Positions 18,300 through 27,446 of a stretch of DNA of 64,000 nt are shown piece after piece. The DNA lies in contig CAVXRD010000002.1 in assembly GCA_963764165.1 (NCBI GenBank), positions 1,248,001 to 1,312,000 of the forward strand, in the 5' to 3' direction. Origin of the DNA: an uncultured Verrucomicrobiae bacterium (lineage in GTDB: Bacteria > Verrucomicrobiota > Verrucomicrobiia > Limisphaerales > Palsa-1400). Positions within the stretch are counted from its first letter, which is position 1; each line of letters begins with the position of its first letter. The notes under the pieces were generated by a model that was given only the letters and a program-made list of their open reading frames with translations, was not told the DNA's origin and did not search any database. The position numbers and the translations under genes were made by a program.

Positions 18300-19475
18300 A
18301 TGAAAACATTGCACCAATACCTGGCCCGCCAAATGTTGGCGACGCTGGGCATGACGGTGTTTGTGTTCACGCTTCTCCTGATTCTGGGGAACGTCATCAA
18401 AGAAATCCTGCAATTGCTCATTGATCACCGGGTCACGCCTTGGCTTGCATTCAAGCTCATCGGTCTTCTCATTCCCTGGGTTCTCGCTTTTTCGCTTCCG
18501 ATTGGAATGCTTACCGCGGCGCTGCTGGTGTTCGGAAGATTCAGCGCGGACCAGGAATTGACGGCTTCGAAAGCCAGCGGCATCAGCCTTGTCAGCCTGA
18601 TTACGCCTGTTCTTTTGTTGAGCGTGGCGGTGAGTGGACTTTGCGCGTGGTTGAACATGGACCTCGCGCCCGCCTGCCGGACGGCCTACAAGGAGCTTCT
18701 TTTTTCCGCCCAGACGAACCGGCCCGGGAATGTCCTGCGCAGCGGCGAAACGGTGCCGCTCGGCGACTACATGGTCTTCGTCAAAAAAGTGCTGCCCGAT
18801 GGCACGAATCTCGACACAATCCGGGCCACCCAATGGGGCAAGGACGGGGAATTAAAGCGCTGGGCCGCCGGCCCGACAGGGACGCTCGAACGCGATCCGG
18901 CCAATCACCAAATCACACTGACGATCAATAACTCAACCGCCTGGCGAAACACCACCGATGGCTTCGTGCCCGAGGCTGGCGGCGAACTGCCGCTTCCCAT
19001 TAGCATTGACGACCAGGCCAAGACCTTGCTGACCATTCCCGACAGCGATAAGACGTTCCTTCAATTGCTGGAGAAGAAGCGCCAATTTGAAAGTCCGCTG
19101 GCGAAACCGATTCCGCACGGAAAGAACGCCGAGGAAAACGCCAAGGGCCGCCGCGATTGGCAGCGCGAGATGCAGGAGGATATTTCGCCGGTGATGGTTT
19201 ACATGCACCGGGAAGTGGCCTTCTCGTTCGCCTGCATCGGTTTCACATTGATCGGCATCCCGCTTGGCATCCGATCGCACCGGCGGGAAACCAGCATCGG
19301 AGTCGCCATGGCCATGGTGTTGATGCTCGTCTATTATAGTTTCATCGTCTTAGGCCAAGCCTGGCAAAACCATCCCGAGCGCGGCCCATGCATCGTGGTG
19401 TGGCTGCCCAATATCATTTTCCAGAGCGTCGGCGCTGTGCTGCTCTGGCGGGCCAACCGAGGGGCGGGGCGGTAG
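18300..19475 (+). CDS. lptF: LptF/LptG family LPS export permease
   Basis: MKTLHQYLAR, GRFSADQELTASKASGISL, IGIPLG, WLPNI. Confidence 0.88.
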   Translation: MKTLHQYLARQMLATLGMTVFVFTLLLILGNVIKEILQLLIDHRVTPWLAFKLIGLLIPWVLAFSLPIGMLTAALLVFGRFSADQELTASKASGISLVSLITPVLLLSVAVSGLCAWLNMDLAPACRTAYKELLFSAQTNRPGNVLRSGETVPLGDYMVFVKKVLPDGTNLDTIRATQWGKDGELKRWAAGPTGTLERDPANHQITLTINNSTAWRNTTDGFVPEAGGELPLPISIDDQAKTLLTIPDSDKTFLQLLEKKRQFESPLAKPIPHGKNAEENAKGRRDWQREMQEDISPVMVYMHREVAFSFACIGFTLIGIPLGIRSHRRETSIGVAMAMVLMLVYYSFIVLGQAWQNHPERGPCIVVWLPNIIFQSVGAVLLWRANRGAGR

Positions 19476-19527
19476 CGGGACGAATTGAATTGCGAATCAA
19501 CGGCACCGCCGAATAATATCCTAAATT

Positions 19528-20802
19528 ATGTTGCGGGGCCTAATTTCTGACGATTTCCTTCCATTTGGGAAGTTGGACTTCGAAATTCCGCCGGTTGAGA
19601 ACAAGCCTGCCGATTTGGCTGAAGTCCATTTGATTACCGGCGTAAATGGCACAGGCAAGAGCAGACTTCTGTCCGTACTGGCTGCGGGCTTGGGAAATGT
19701 TACGCCTCTGCTTGACAGGACGAAAGGGGTGAACAATCGCTTGTTCGCGGTCACGGATAAATCTCCGTTTCCAGACCGCCCTGAATTACGTGGAAGTTTC
19801 CATTCATCGGGATGGGCGCGCTTTGGAGTAGACCCAAATCACAATGGTGTACAGTGGCACGACGGCAGGCCGGTTGCCGAGTGGTTTGGTTCAGTTCCAG
19901 CATTTGCTTACCGATGTACCGCTTATGTGGCCGATGCAGAAGTCAAGACCTTGGCTGATGTTCCGCGACCGCAGCGCTCACTCTGTCTTTCTTTTGATCG
20001 CGCCAATGAAGGCTCTTCTCGTCTCCTGCAGGCGATTATGAATTTGAAAGTCCAAGCCGCCGTCGACTCCATGGGGCCCAGCGGTGCGGGGGGCATTACG
20101 CGCTCCGTGAAACTGATCAGCACGCTAGAAGCTTCGGTAAGCAAAATCACCAAAACAAACTTCGTATTCGCGCCGGAAACGAAACCGAATGTCTCGCTCC
20201 GCGTCATCTGGGGCAACCGAAAATTGTCATTTTCCGTTCTGCCAGATGGCTTGCGGTCAATCATCGGATGGTTAGCTCACGCGCTTGTGATGATGGATTT
20301 ATACGTGCCGTCGGACCAGGACCCGACTGATTGTGAGGCTGTATTTTTGCTGGATGAAATCGAAGGTCATTTGCATCCAGCTTGGCAAAGACGGGTCTTG
20401 CCCGCTTTCCAGCACCTTTTCCCAAAGGCGCAAATGTTCGTGGCAACACATTCTCCTTTCGTGATTTCCTCGTTGACGCATGGATGGATTCATTGCCTGA
20501 CTGTCCAGCCGGACGCCACAGTTAAAATCGAGAAACCGAAGCCCGCGAGCGAAGGCTCAAGCTACATCGATGCCGTGGAAGAAATTATGGGGGTGAAGGA
20601 ATGGTACGATGACGACAGCGAAAAGCTTCTGGCGGACTTCCGAGCCAAGCGAGATGCGGCTTATCAGGGAAATATTGAGGCCGAGAAGCAGGCCCGTGCG
20701 ATCGCGGCGCAAATTAGCGAACGCAGCATGGAGTTGTCTTTCATAATGGGGCGTGAGTTAAAGCAGATGGATCGTCAGTTGGAAAAGCCTGCCGCAAAAT
20801 GA
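19528..20802 (+). CDS. AAA/ABC-type ATPase, Septu PtuA-like
   Basis: Walker A GVNGTGKS, signature LPDGLRS, Walker B LLDEIEGHLHPAWQ, H-loop ATHSPF. Confidence 0.85.
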   Translation: MLRGLISDDFLPFGKLDFEIPPVENKPADLAEVHLITGVNGTGKSRLLSVLAAGLGNVTPLLDRTKGVNNRLFAVTDKSPFPDRPELRGSFHSSGWARFGVDPNHNGVQWHDGRPVAEWFGSVPAFAYRCTAYVADAEVKTLADVPRPQRSLCLSFDRANEGSSRLLQAIMNLKVQAAVDSMGPSGAGGITRSVKLISTLEASVSKITKTNFVFAPETKPNVSLRVIWGNRKLSFSVLPDGLRSIIGWLAHALVMMDLYVPSDQDPTDCEAVFLLDEIEGHLHPAWQRRVLPAFQHLFPKAQMFVATHSPFVISSLTHGWIHCLTVQPDATVKIEKPKPASEGSSYIDAVEEIMGVKEWYDDDSEKLLADFRAKRDAAYQGNIEAEKQARAIAAQISERSMELSFIMGRELKQMDRQLEKPAAK

Positions 20803-21422
20803 GGAAATTCGTCCGAGGGGAAGTCCCGGAATGCCTCGTCAGTCAATGGGAGGAGTGGGGCTTGGCTTGGGAGAGACGGCGCATCGATAATTCCGGCGCG
20901 CCATTTTACTGGCCCACAGTTGGAGGCAGCCTGTTGAATCAATTGTTGTTGCCTCTGCTTAAGGCGCAAACACAAGACCATTGCTCGTTCTGCGACAACT
21001 TTCCGGTAAGTCCGCCTTCGATTGATACGATCGAGCATTTCCGACCCAAGTCACGCTTTCCAAGACACGCATTTGCGTGGGGCAATTTGTATTACTGCTG
21101 CATGTTTTGCCAGCAGAAGTCGGACGATTTTCACGAAGCTCTCCTCCAGCCTGATGCTCCCGAATATGACTTTTACAAATATTTCCGCTGGGACTTTACG
21201 CTAGGCACTTTAGAGGTCAACCAGCTTGCCACTCCCGAGAATCAAGAACGGGCTAGACAAACAATACTGATTTACGGGCTGAATACCCGACATCCATTCT
21301 TGCGAAGATTAGCGGCGAAGCGGCGGATGCAAGGCCCTAATGATCCAATCGACGAATTTGCTTATCGAGACTTTGTGGAGGGGCCAGCGGGCGGCGGTCT
21401 TGAGCATGAAAATCAAACGTGA
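20799..21422 (+). CDS. HNH endonuclease, PtuB/TIGR02646-like
   Basis: HCSFCD, TIEHFRPKS, WGNLYYCCMFCQ, TILIYGLN; ATGA overlap with the ATPase gene. Confidence 0.85.
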   Translation: MRKFVRGEVPECLVSQWEEWGLAWERRRIDNSGAPFYWPTVGGSLLNQLLLPLLKAQTQDHCSFCDNFPVSPPSIDTIEHFRPKSRFPRHAFAWGNLYYCCMFCQQKSDDFHEALLQPDAPEYDFYKYFRWDFTLGTLEVNQLATPENQERARQTILIYGLNTRHPFLRRLAAKRRMQGPNDPIDEFAYRDFVEGPAGGGLEHENQT

Positions 21423-21449
21423 GTCGTAACCTGCCGCGGCCTGCGTGTG

Positions 21450-22631
21450 CTATCCTGAGACTTTCCACTCATCGCCAACTCGCACAATTACAAGTTTGCC
21501 CGGAGGCAGCGGTTTCTTGTCCGGCCCTGTTTCAGGTTGGATCGTCAGGATGACGCGGCCTTCAGTGACGGTCTTTCTGTCAACAATTTTATAGCCCGTC
21601 AGCCCGTCAACCACCCGCCGGTTCGCCGCGACGACGTCGCTCTCCGATTTGCCTTGAGCTTCTGTCGCAAGCCCTCCACCGGGGGCCAACGTGGCCAAAT
21701 ATGTTTTGGCGTCACCCTGGCTCATTGCCCAAAACGAGGACTCAAAAGCTGATTCAGGATCGGCATGCCCGGCAAAATGCCATGACTCTTTGAGAACCTC
21801 GACCGGCGTGAAAGCGGGCGGCTGTGTCGTCGGTGATGATGGTTCTTTGTGAAGATTAATGATCGAAGTTGTTCCCGCCGCCAGAAGTATGACGACGCCT
21901 GCGACGGCGGCTGTTTTCATTTTTGTCCATGCCATAAGTTTTAATGCTCCTTTCACGTTGATTAAGATTGAACTGCCCGCCCCCGCTCCTCTTGCAATGG
22001 CCCCGGCGGCCACCGCCTTTACCAGCGCGGCTTGCGCGGTTTGAATGGAATTGGCGGAAATCGCCCCGGCAAGGGCTGTCGTGGTGGAATGGATGCCGCG
22101 GCTGGCGAAAAACCTCCGCAGCTTCTCCAATGCGCGGCTGACCCTTTTCTCCGCCGCGTCCTCGCTTGCGCCCAAAACCGTGCCGACTTCGCGCAAATTT
22201 CTTCCCTCGTAAAATCGAAGCAGGATGGCTTGGCGATCTTTCTCGCGGAGTTTTCCCACGGCGGTTTCCAGCAGCGGAGCGATCCTTGCCCAAAGCGCGC
22301 TCTCCGTTTCGTTCGAATTAGGTTGCACCTGCGATTCCTCCTCCCTGCGATGACGCCGGCATTCGCTCCTGATGAAATTATTCGCCGTCATCCGCGTTGC
22401 TTCGAACAGCCATCCGGAAAGCGTTTTGGCCAGGCGCAATTGCGCGGCTTTCTGGGCGAGAATGATAAAAACCGCCTGAGTGATGTCCTCGGCCTGATGC
22501 GGATTTCCTACCCGCCGCATCGCGACGGAATAAACCAGATTGGCGTGCCGCGTTACGAGCGTTGCGAATGCTTCGTGGGAACCATTGTCCGCATATTCCC
22601 GCAACAGTGCATTGTCATCCATTGCCTGCAT
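21450..22631 (-). CDS. ECF sigma-70 factor with C-terminal TM and extracytoplasmic extension
   Basis: DDNALLREY, AEDITQAVF, LLRFYEGRNLREVG, EDAAEKRVSRALEKLR, then a TM segment. Confidence 0.9.
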   Translation of the reverse strand: MQAMDDNALLREYADNGSHEAFATLVTRHANLVYSVAMRRVGNPHQAEDITQAVFIILAQKAAQLRLAKTLSGWLFEATRMTANNFIRSECRRHRREEESQVQPNSNETESALWARIAPLLETAVGKLREKDRQAILLRFYEGRNLREVGTVLGASEDAAEKRVSRALEKLRRFFASRGIHSTTTALAGAISANSIQTAQAALVKAVAAGAIARGAGAGSSILINVKGALKLMAWTKMKTAAVAGVVILLAAGTTSIINLHKEPSSPTTQPPAFTPVEVLKESWHFAGHADPESAFESSFWAMSQGDAKTYLATLAPGGGLATEAQGKSESDVVAANRRVVDGLTGYKIVDRKTVTEGRVILTIQPETGPDKKPLPPGKLVIVRVGDEWKVSG

Positions 22632-22684
22632 TTAACTATAAGTGTGCGCCGGTTGGCCAATACCGACAAATTTTTGTCGAAGCT

Positions 22685-22900
22685 CCCTTGGGAATCCGAT
22701 CGCACCGACGCGAGACGAGCATTGGAGTAGCCACGGACATGGTGTTGATGCTGGTCTATTACAGTTTCATCGTCCTAGGCCAAGCCTGGCAAAACCTTCC
22801 CGAGCGCGGCCCGTGCATCGTCGTATGGCTTCCCTATATCATTTTCCAAAGCGTCGGCGCCCTATTGCTCTGGCGCGCCAATCGTGGGGTCGGGCGTTGA
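22685..22900 (+). pseudogene. duplicated 3' end of lptF
   Basis: 216-nt colinear copy of 19260-19475; 65 of 71 codons encode the same residue. Confidence 0.92.
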
Positions 22901-22923
22901 TGGATCGGGATTGCTCTACACAG

Positions 22924-23844
22924 TCAGCTTTCTTGAAAACGGGCGCGTAATTCCCCGGTCTGTTGCGCAAATTTATTGGGATTCGATTTCTTTAGCCGGG
23001 CCAGATTTTGCGTCTTCCATTGAATCGCCGGCAATTGTGATAGATGACGGCATCTCATCAATCGCCAATCGGGTTCACCGGAGACCAAGCCCAGCAAGAA
23101 TTTTCGGTGATTGGCAGTCAAACGGATGGGCAATTCTCGTTTTAGAATTTTCCGTGTTTTTTCCAAATCGGCTAGCAAAACCGGCAGGCGCGCCATTCCT
23201 TGAAACTCATTTTCAAAGGGAACCGATAGATCAACGTCGTTGGAGAACAAAACCTCATGAACCGGGCGATTGTGTCCCGCCAGGTAACAAACGAAACATT
23301 CAACTATGTCCGGCGTCAGGCCTTCTCCTTCGAAAAGCCAATGAACGTCAAAAATGTCTCGCGGATGCTGGCGATCCATCGCGGCGACAAGTTTGCTGCC
23401 GTAAAGTTCCGCAGTCGAAAGTGTGGGGACTGATAGATCTGTCGTAAAGAGCGACCGCGGTTCGGAACTCAATTGGCGGAACTGTATAGCCTCAACGACG
23501 CCGCGAAAAACATGATTCACTTCAACCTTCACCAAGCTGCGTCCGCGCTCGATGAATAGTTTAAATTCCCCACCGCCAGCCACGCCTGGCAGAACTGCTT
23601 GGACCTTAATGCGGTTGAGAGACCGTTTCGCATTTGCAAGCGCATCGGCGATGAACTTCTTGGCTTCCGCCCGGGATGTTTGATGCTCTGTGTAAACCAC
23701 GTCAATATCGATGGACAGCCTGGGCATGTTTTGGACGAAGAGGTTGAGGGCTGTTCCTCCCTTCATCGCAAACTGCGGGGTTTCAAAAATAGCCGGAGCG
23801 GATTCGAGCAGCAGGCGAACTGTCTCAATGTAAGATTTGTCCAT
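22924..23844 (-). CDS. AbiEii/AbiGii nucleotidyltransferase toxin (type IV TA)
   Basis: KGGTALNLF..PRLSIDID, KLVAAMDRQHPRDIFD. Confidence 0.92.
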   Translation of the reverse strand: MDKSYIETVRLLLESAPAIFETPQFAMKGGTALNLFVQNMPRLSIDIDVVYTEHQTSRAEAKKFIADALANAKRSLNRIKVQAVLPGVAGGGEFKLFIERGRSLVKVEVNHVFRGVVEAIQFRQLSSEPRSLFTTDLSVPTLSTAELYGSKLVAAMDRQHPRDIFDVHWLFEGEGLTPDIVECFVCYLAGHNRPVHEVLFSNDVDLSVPFENEFQGMARLPVLLADLEKTRKILKRELPIRLTANHRKFLLGLVSGEPDWRLMRCRHLSQLPAIQWKTQNLARLKKSNPNKFAQQTGELRARFQES

Positions 23845-24656
23845 CACGGTTTTAGGATGAGCATCTGTCCGTCCTTCATGCTTTTGATCCACCGGCCTCT
23901 GCCGATTCTGCCGCCCGCCGCCTTTCTCGCGGCTGCGGCCCAGGGCAAGCTCAATTCCTCAGCCCATCGAACGCAGAGGCGCGTCGCTTTCACCCGCTCG
24001 CAGTGTTTAAGCAGTGTTGCGAGCACATCGGGACGCAACGTCCTCGCCCCTTCCATGATGTTGCGGCTCTCTTCAACGCCTCCGCGGATTCCCACTTCGC
24101 TCAACATTTCAAGCAAAGCGCGCTCCGGGGTTGAGACGAGAACCCCATCTGGCGTTTCTGGCAATGCCTGCAATGCGAACCCTTTGGGCAGACGCGAAGA
24201 AAACGGATTTCTCCGAGTGTAAAACGCCCTAAATCGCTCATGGAACCAGCGGGGCAAATCTGCCTTGTCCTGTCCCCATAATGAAAGAGGAGCATTGGCC
24301 GGAAGATTGTGCCGGATTCCCCGCCACGCCAAAGCAGTTTTTCCTCCGACATGAAAGCCCCTGTCCTGGCGGGCAAGAAACTTCAAGCAATCCTCTTGGC
24401 GCAACGTATCCCCCGGAAACATGAAAACACCGCGCCCGAGCCGCGACAGCCATCCGGATTTGACGTAGTGGTGAGCCAACGCCGATGACACGCCTATCTT
24501 TTGCAAGTCACCACTATCGAATGGCGAGCCTCGCGGCAGCACCTGCTGCAGATTCCTGATTAGATTTGGCCGAATAGTTAAAGCCACGTTTGAACTACTA
24601 TATATTAATGAAACATTGGAGCAAGCCACGAAATGCCTTTGGCCTGGTTCGGTCAT
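23844..24656 (-). CDS. AbiEi antitoxin (type IV TA)
   Basis: YVKSGWLSRLGRGVF, HVGGKTAL, STPERALLEML; stop overlaps the toxin start (TGATG); true start uncertain. Confidence 0.88.
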   Translation of the reverse strand: MTEPGQRHFVACSNVSLIYSSSNVALTIRPNLIRNLQQVLPRGSPFDSGDLQKIGVSSALAHHYVKSGWLSRLGRGVFMFPGDTLRQEDCLKFLARQDRGFHVGGKTALAWRGIRHNLPANAPLSLWGQDKADLPRWFHERFRAFYTRRNPFSSRLPKGFALQALPETPDGVLVSTPERALLEMLSEVGIRGGVEESRNIMEGARTLRPDVLATLLKHCERVKATRLCVRWAEELSLPWAAAARKAAGGRIGRGRWIKSMKDGQMLILKP

Positions 24657-24742
24657 TTGATATCAACTTTCGCAGCGGCGGCTGGATCGGTGTTTTTGAG
24701 AAACTGCCCGGCTGCGTTGCGGACGGGCTAAGATAGCGGTTT

Positions 24743-25075
24743 CTAAGCTAAGCGCAGATCCGCCCGTTTGCCGCGAGGTCGCAAAAAAATCAAGAGAAGG
24801 CCGATGGTGACGATCAACCAAATCGCAAAGAAGGCAACTTCGTATGCTATTCTTACCGCTTCAAGCCTTTCCCAAGTCTAACCCGCAGCGATGGTGTCCC
24901 CGGCCGCTTTGTGCGTATACATATCGACAAAGAAAAAGCCGAAACCAAAGTCCGTGCAGTGAAACGCTCGATTCTCAATCTGGGCATTCCAAGGAATCAC
25001 AGTGACGACGGACGAAAACAACAAGCCGGCAAAGGCTGAAATGCAGAAAAGGAAGATTTTCGGCAGTATCTTCAA
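24743..25075 (-). pseudogene. small membrane protein interrupted by an in-frame TAG
   Basis: The frame continues past the TAG at 24878-24880 into TWERLEAVRIAYEVAFFAIWLIVTIGLLLIFLRP, a TM helix. Confidence 0.5.
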
Positions 25076-25090
25076 GGCGTTTCGATCGGT

Positions 25091-25384
25091 CTAGATATTC
25101 TTGCGCACCATGCCAGTCACGAGCCGAAACACGGCTCGAAAAGCCAGCGCGGTGGCGTAGAGCCAATATAGTGCTGCACCGGCAGTGGCGGCAAACCACA
25201 CCGTATCGCAACTGATCTCAAATGGAGTGTCAGGTTGGGATGGCGGCAAATCGCTATCGCCGAAATTAAAGACGCCATACTCAAGCGACAAAATGACAAA
25301 GCTGCAAAACGTCAGGCCGATGGCAATGAGAAAAATTCTTGCGAATCCTGCGTCGTTCGGCGGCTTGCTGGAGGCGAATGTCAT
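25091..25384 (-). CDS. small hypothetical membrane protein
   Basis: MTFASSKPP... 97 aa with two TM segments. Confidence 0.55.
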   Translation of the reverse strand: MTFASSKPPNDAGFARIFLIAIGLTFCSFVILSLEYGVFNFGDSDLPPSQPDTPFEISCDTVWFAATAGAALYWLYATALAFRAVFRLVTGMVRKNI

Positions 25385-25590
25385 AATCACTGCATCTGCC
25401 CGCGGGCACATGAATCGTCCCACGTTTTCAAGAATCGTCAACCGCTGATCGCGAGAGCGTGGCGGCCTGTACTCACGCCTACTTGCGCGGCGCGCCGCCT
25501 GCATTGGCGGGCGCAGCACAAAATTTGGGTGGCGCCAAGCGCGCGAAACGAACTTGTGGAGGAACGGGTTTGGCCCCATTTTGGCGCTGC

Positions 25591-26385
25591 ATGAAATTTG
25601 CGTTCCAAGCAGTATTGCTCGCCGCCTCCGTTGCCGCCGCGGCCCTTGTCGGTTGCTCCACGGAGCCAAAGGTGCTTTACCACGCGGGTGATGAGAACCC
25701 GCCAGCCTTCGTCGCCGGGCCAATGGCGTTTGTTTGGACGAACGTGGACGGCTTTAGCGCGAAAATTACCGGCACGGTCACCGGCGGCGACGGCATCAAG
25801 CACACCGTCGCTGGCGATTTCCTGGGACGCGAAGGGTCCGTGATTTTTCAGCCTGCCAACAAGGTCAAGGGCCGGCGGGCGCGAAGCGAGGGCGGCACAT
25901 TCTTTATTTGGAGCGAGACGCGGCAGGAGGGTTATGTCTTGAGCGATCCGCTGCAGGCTTACGCCCCGGCCGCGACCAAAGCGCAGCCCACCAACGTCGT
26001 CCTCAAAACCTCCACCGGGGCCGAGGAATTTGTGAACAGCCACCGCTGCCGCCGCCAGGATGTGGTGGTGGAATCCTCCGACGGGTCGAAAACGCAGGGC
26101 ACCATTTGGGAAGCGGAAGACGCGCGCCATTTCCCGGTGCGCATTGTGGCAGGCGAAGGCCCGGGCGCGATGGAGATTGATTTGTCAAACATCCGCCTCG
26201 AATTGCCGCAGCCGCAATTGTTCGCCCCGCCGGATGGCTTCACCAAATACGGCTCGCCGGTGGCGCTGATGAACGAATTAATCACCCGCCAAAGCGTTTT
26301 CGCCAAGAAGGATTTCACGCCCGTCGAAAACGATGCTCCCGCTGGCGCGCAATTGAACAACTGGCGCCCAACCACCCCGCAGTAA
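25591..26385 (+). CDS. hypothetical lipoprotein (DUF4412-like C-terminus)
   Basis: Lipobox LVGC; GAEEFVNSHRC and LFAPPDGFTKY motifs. Confidence 0.75.
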   Translation: MKFAFQAVLLAASVAAAALVGCSTEPKVLYHAGDENPPAFVAGPMAFVWTNVDGFSAKITGTVTGGDGIKHTVAGDFLGREGSVIFQPANKVKGRRARSEGGTFFIWSETRQEGYVLSDPLQAYAPAATKAQPTNVVLKTSTGAEEFVNSHRCRRQDVVVESSDGSKTQGTIWEAEDARHFPVRIVAGEGPGAMEIDLSNIRLELPQPQLFAPPDGFTKYGSPVALMNELITRQSVFAKKDFTPVENDAPAGAQLNNWRPTTPQ

Positions 26386-26413
26386 GGCATCACTTGCAAA
26401 ACAAGTTGGGCCA

Positions 26414-27199
26414 CTACTTTTCAGGGTGGGTCTTGCTTGCCCGATCGTGCAAGTAATCGCTGAGAGTCTTTGATAATGTGACGAAATCCGATGGGATCAT
26501 AATCACTGTCGTGCTGTTGTTCTCCGCGCCTACTTCGGAAATCATTTGGAATCGGCGCAGCTCCAGGGCCGCGGGATTGCCCGCCATTTGCTCCGCCGCC
26601 ATCGACAGTTTTTGGGAGGCCTCCAACTCGGCTTCCGCTTTGATTATGCGCGCCCGCTTTTCGCGGATCGCTTCGGCCTGCATCGCCATGACTTGCTGCA
26701 TGGCTTCAGGCAGCTCCACGTCCTTCATTTCGAAACGCTCCACTTCCAGTCCCCAGCGAGTCGTGGAGCCGGCAATGCTCTCGCGCAATAAGCCATTGAT
26801 CTTGTTTCGCTCCTGCAAGACTTCGTCCAGGTCGTGCTGGCCGATGATATTGCGCAAGCTTGTCAGCGCCAGTTGATAGACCGCTCCCTGGGCGTCGGCC
26901 ACCTCAATGACCGCTTTGGCGGCATCGACGATGCGATACCACAGCACCGCGTTCACTTTGATCGTCACACTATCGCGAGTGATGGTTTCCTGCTGCTCGG
27001 CGGATATGGTGCGCGTGCGAATGTCGATGGTAATCGACCGCTCAATGCCAAGGGGCAAAATCCAATACAAGCCCGGGCCGCGCAGACCCATGTAACGCCC
27101 CAATCGAAACACCACCCCTCGCTGATACTCCTGCGCGATGCGAATCCCCGTAATGAAAACAACTGCGCCGACCACCAGAATGAGCAAAATCAACGGCAT
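26414..27199 (-). CDS. SPFH/stomatin (slipin) family protein
   Basis: YQRGVVFRLGR, QETITRDSV, QAEAIREKRARIIKAEAE. Confidence 0.93.
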   Translation of the reverse strand: MPLILLILVVGAVVFITGIRIAQEYQRGVVFRLGRYMGLRGPGLYWILPLGIERSITIDIRTRTISAEQQETITRDSVTIKVNAVLWYRIVDAAKAVIEVADAQGAVYQLALTSLRNIIGQHDLDEVLQERNKINGLLRESIAGSTTRWGLEVERFEMKDVELPEAMQQVMAMQAEAIREKRARIIKAEAELEASQKLSMAAEQMAGNPAALELRRFQMISEVGAENNSTTVIMIPSDFVTLSKTLSDYLHDRASKTHPEK

Positions 27200-27446
27200 A
27201 AGGCAAAGAGGCTAATTTTCGGGAAGCCGATTGGCAATGATGTTTTTGACACGCTTTGATTGCGAGCCGCGCTTATTTAAGCTCAATCAATTGTATTACT
27301 AGTAAAACCTTTTACTTGATCTAACACTATTTTTGCGGTACAAAAGCCAGAATATGATGAGAATTGGAAAACTTGCTCCACGGGCTGTCGCAACAAGCTG
27401 CAGGAATGACACGATCGATCCCCGGTTTGGCGAGGCGCCTGTTGGC

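Noticed and set aside
19476..21449. Retron system
   Set aside because: No reverse transcriptase (no YADD-type motif) and no room for msr-msd upstream.
22685..22900. DGR template/variable repeat pair with the lptF tail
   Set aside because: Differences are mostly synonymous third-position changes at all bases rather than adenine-specific, and there is no RT.
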